In this document: positions 61,705 to 64,000 of the stretch, piece by piece | How positions within the stretch are numbered: position 1 is the first letter of the stretch | How the letters are laid out: every line of letters begins with the position of its first letter | Source of the DNA: a plasmid | Direction: 5' to 3' (one strand) | Sequence record: NZ_CP106960.1 | Length of the DNA stretch: 64,000 nt | The notes under the pieces: model-generated | Told to the model about the DNA's origin: nothing | Database searches by the model: none | Seen by the model: the letters and a program-made list of their open reading frames with translations, nothing else | Made by a program: the position numbers and the translations under genes

Positions 61705-62975
61705 TGTTCGCGCTGGCAGATGTAAACAGCTTCTACGCGAGCTGCGAGAAGGTTTTCCGTCCGGACCTGAGAAATAAACCTATTGTCTGCCTTAGTAATA
61801 ATGATGGCTGCGTGATCGCACGCTCGAAAGAAGCAAAGCAGCTGGGTATCAAAATGGGGATCCCCTGGTTCCAGCTGAAAGCAATGAAGTTCCCTGAGCC
61901 CGTCATCACGTTCTCCAGTAACTACGAGCTGTACGCCAGCATGAGCAACCGGGTCATGGCACATTTGGAAGAGCTGGCACCATGCGTGGAACAGTATTCA
62001 ATTGACGAAATGTTTCTATATATCAAAGGAATAGATAGATGCATCAATTTTGAAGACTTTGGCCGGCAGGTGCGCGAACACGTCCTAAGCGGAACAGGAC
62101 TGACGGTCGGTGTCGGTATGGGGCCAACGAAAACGTTGGCCAAGTCTGCACAATGGGCTTCAAAAGAGTGGCCACAATTTGGAGGGGTGCTGGCCCTAAC
62201 CATCGACAATCCCCGACGGACGGAAAAACTGCTTTCTTTGCAGCCGGTAGAGGAGATTTGGGGCGTTGGGCGCCGCATAGGCAAAAAATTGAATACGTTC
62301 GGTGTAACAACTGCTTTGCAGCTTGCCCGCATGAACCCTGCCTTTGTACGCAAAAACTTTACCGTGGTGCTGGAGCGAACCGTGCGTGAACTGAACGGTG
62401 AGGCCTGTATATCTCTTGAAGAGACACCGCCTGCAAAGCAGCAGATAGTCTGCAGCCGTTCATTCGGGGAGCGCATCACCACTTACGAATCACTGCGGCA
62501 GGCTATTTGCCAGTACGCTGAACGCGCGGCCGAAAAGCTACGGGGGGAGCAACAGTTCTGCCGGCACATATCGGTGTTTATCAAAACTTCCCCTTTCGCA
62601 GTCAACGAAGCGTATCACGGCAACGTGGCCAGCGAAAAACTTCTCCTACCTACCCGTGATACCCGGGACATCATTAATGCCGCAGTTAAGGCCCTTGACC
62701 GTATCTGGCTCGATGGGCATCGATATGCAAAGGCAGGCGTAATACTTAATGACTTCACCCCCTCGGGAGTAGCACAGTTAAATCTGTTCGATGACATTAA
62801 GCCGCAGAAGCGAAGCGAGGAGTTAATGAAAGCCCTGGATGGCATAAACCATTCAGGGCTCGGGAGGGTATGGTTTGCTGGTCGCGGAATTGCGCCAGAA
62901 TGGCAAATGAAAAGAGAGATGCTTTCCCCGGCATATACGACCAGATGGTCTGATATCCCCAGAGCCTCAATTTGA
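61704..62975 (+). CDS. UmuC/MucB/ImpB-like Y-family DNA polymerase subunit (423 aa)
   Basis: MFALADVNSFYASCEKVFRPDLRNKPIVCLSNNDGCVIARSKEAK is a canonical UmuC N-terminus. It is translationally coupled to the upstream gene (TGATG). Confidence 0.85.
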   Translation: MFALADVNSFYASCEKVFRPDLRNKPIVCLSNNDGCVIARSKEAKQLGIKMGIPWFQLKAMKFPEPVITFSSNYELYASMSNRVMAHLEELAPCVEQYSIDEMFLYIKGIDRCINFEDFGRQVREHVLSGTGLTVGVGMGPTKTLAKSAQWASKEWPQFGGVLALTIDNPRRTEKLLSLQPVEEIWGVGRRIGKKLNTFGVTTALQLARMNPAFVRKNFTVVLERTVRELNGEACISLEETPPAKQQIVCSRSFGERITTYESLRQAICQYAERAAEKLRGEQQFCRHISVFIKTSPFAVNEAYHGNVASEKLLLPTRDTRDIINAAVKALDRIWLDGHRYAKAGVILNDFTPSGVAQLNLFDDIKPQKRSEELMKALDGINHSGLGRVWFAGRGIAPEWQMKREMLSPAYTTRWSDIPRASI

Positions 62976-62978
62976 GTA

Positions 62979-63368
62979 TCACATAAAGTTTTTCATTTTC
63001 TTTCGAGCCTCGTCCAGGCGTTGCTGCTCATCATCTTCAACAGCTTCAGGCTGGGGCGCGGGGGCTAACTGCCCCGCCCCCAGTTCTGCCAGTATGTCTC
63101 GAATATTGGCCTGTGAAGGTTTCCATCCCGTAGTCTGGCTGAGCAACCCAACCAGCTGATCCGCTGTGAAGTCATGGTTCAGCAATATCGTGAGTAAACC
63201 AGGAAGCCGCGAATCAAGCTGATGAAGGGCTAACCCGGAGATAAGCGCCCTTCGATACAGTTCTCCCCTCTCGTTCCGTGGGACAGACTCGATAATGTCT
63301 AATGACAAGTTGTCTGCTGCCTGTTCCGGATGAAGATAAACAGTAAACTTCTTCCGTTCTTCACTCAC
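62979..63368 (-). CDS. ParR/StbB-like partition adaptor protein (129 aa)
   Basis: A small protein immediately downstream of an actin-like ATPase gene on the same strand. Confidence 0.5.
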   Translation of the reverse strand: MSEERKKFTVYLHPEQAADNLSLDIIESVPRNERGELYRRALISGLALHQLDSRLPGLLTILLNHDFTADQLVGLLSQTTGWKPSQANIRDILAELGAGQLAPAPQPEAVEDDEQQRLDEARKKMKNFM

Positions 63369-63372
63369 AGCA

Positions 63373-64000
63373 TTACTCCCCTTTAAATGCGGCGATTGCT
63401 TCTACAAGTGACGTTTGAGGAGAGTCCATCATCACAACTTTGGAACCCAGGTGATGCCATGCGGCTTTAATCGCATCCTCGATCAGCGGGGCACCTCCGC
63501 CAACAATGTAAACCCGGTTCACGTGACGGAACTCGGCAAGGTCATCGACAACACGGGCTCCAAGGTTAGCAATCGCGCTTTCGATAGTATCTAGTACAAG
63601 TGCGATTTTGCTTTCATCATTCACAATCTGGCGAACAAAGTCAGGATCTTTACGCTGCTTGATTAGCTCATCAGCGATCATAGAACTCGTATCACTGGAT
63701 GCCATTTTTAATGCTGTGAGTGCAGCGTTCGTCACCATTGATACGCCAATATCTGAATTTCCGTGAATCGCACTAACCGAATCGAACTGACCAACGATAA
63801 CGCCAACATCGAGAGTCGTGCCGCCAAGGTCAATCACAAGAGATTTTTCGTACTGCCCCACATTATCTTTAACCAGGCGAGCAAATACGGCAGGCAGTGA
63901 TTCTGGCATGACTTCAACATGCTCAATGGTAAACACCTCACCTTTGTTCAGCTTTACCGGACGCATCAGGTTGTCGATTTTACGTTGAATATTGAGCTCA
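63373..64000 (-). CDS. ParM/StbA-like actin-type segregation ATPase, C-terminal part (the N-terminus lies beyond the window end)
   Basis: It shows actin/Hsp70-fold motifs (VIDLGGTTLDV, VYIVGGGAPL). The ORF is open at the window end. Confidence 0.6.
   Translation of the reverse strand, partial: ELNIQRKIDNLMRPVKLNKGEVFTIEHVEVMPESLPAVFARLVKDNVGQYEKSLVIDLGGTTLDVGVIVGQFDSVSAIHGNSDIGVSMVTNAALTALKMASSDTSSMIADELIKQRKDPDFVRQIVNDESKIALVLDTIESAIANLGARVVDDLAEFRHVNRVYIVGGGAPLIEDAIKAAWHHLGSKVVMMDSPQTSLVEAIAAFKGE

Overview
This window looks like a stretch of an I-complex (IncI1/K/B/O-like) conjugative plasmid of Enterobacteriaceae carrying a roughly 30 kb accessory island.

In order it contains:
- 1 to 11,000: the distal part of the tra/trb transfer operon (TraU-like fragment, TraV/W/X/Y-like, ExcA-like, TrbA/B/C-like), all on the + strand.
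- 11,142 to 13,031: a single DUF262/DUF1524 (GmrSD-family) nuclease gene sitting between trbC and the relaxase.
- 13,118 to 16,300: nikB and nikA on the - strand, then an R64-type oriT.
- 16,400 to 31,000: the leading region. It holds a DUF932 protein, an XRE-family regulator, a degenerate HsdM-like methyltransferase, a hok-type toxin, psiA and psiB, a 671 aa ParB-like nuclease protein, ardA and many small unknown ORFs. GC-rich hairpin-containing repeats recur throughout it; they resemble Frpo/ssi single-strand promoters. No ssb gene is seen.
- 31,000 to 36,700: an AT-rich mosaic with an orphan Cys-rich ORF, a divergent IS1 remnant, a complete EcoRII-type R-M pair, a serine recombinase and a gene stub cut by IS1.
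- 36,679 to 60,835: an IS1-bounded multidrug-resistance region.
  - A truncated pecM-like gene, tetA(A), tetR(A) and a complete RK2-type oriV relic.
  - Tn21 (merRTPCADE, urf2) carrying a class 1 integron (intI1, dfrA1, aadA1, qacEdelta1, sul1, orf5, tniB-delta, tniA) inserted in urf2 with 5 bp direct repeats.
  - Inside tniA, an IS26-bounded unit (IS26, aph(3')-Ia, ISEcp1, qnrB19, IS26) flanked by an 8 bp duplication.
  - The urf2 3' end, Tn21 tnpR and a tnpA remnant.
- 60,836 to 64,000: a LexA-box-controlled umuDC-like (impAB/mucAB-like) operon and a ParM/StbA plus ParR/StbB-like partition pair that runs off the window end.

The parts most worth following up are the GmrSD-like gene in the transfer backbone, the repeat-punctuated leading region full of unknown ORFs, the degenerate methyltransferase and the orphan ORF beside the EcoRII system.
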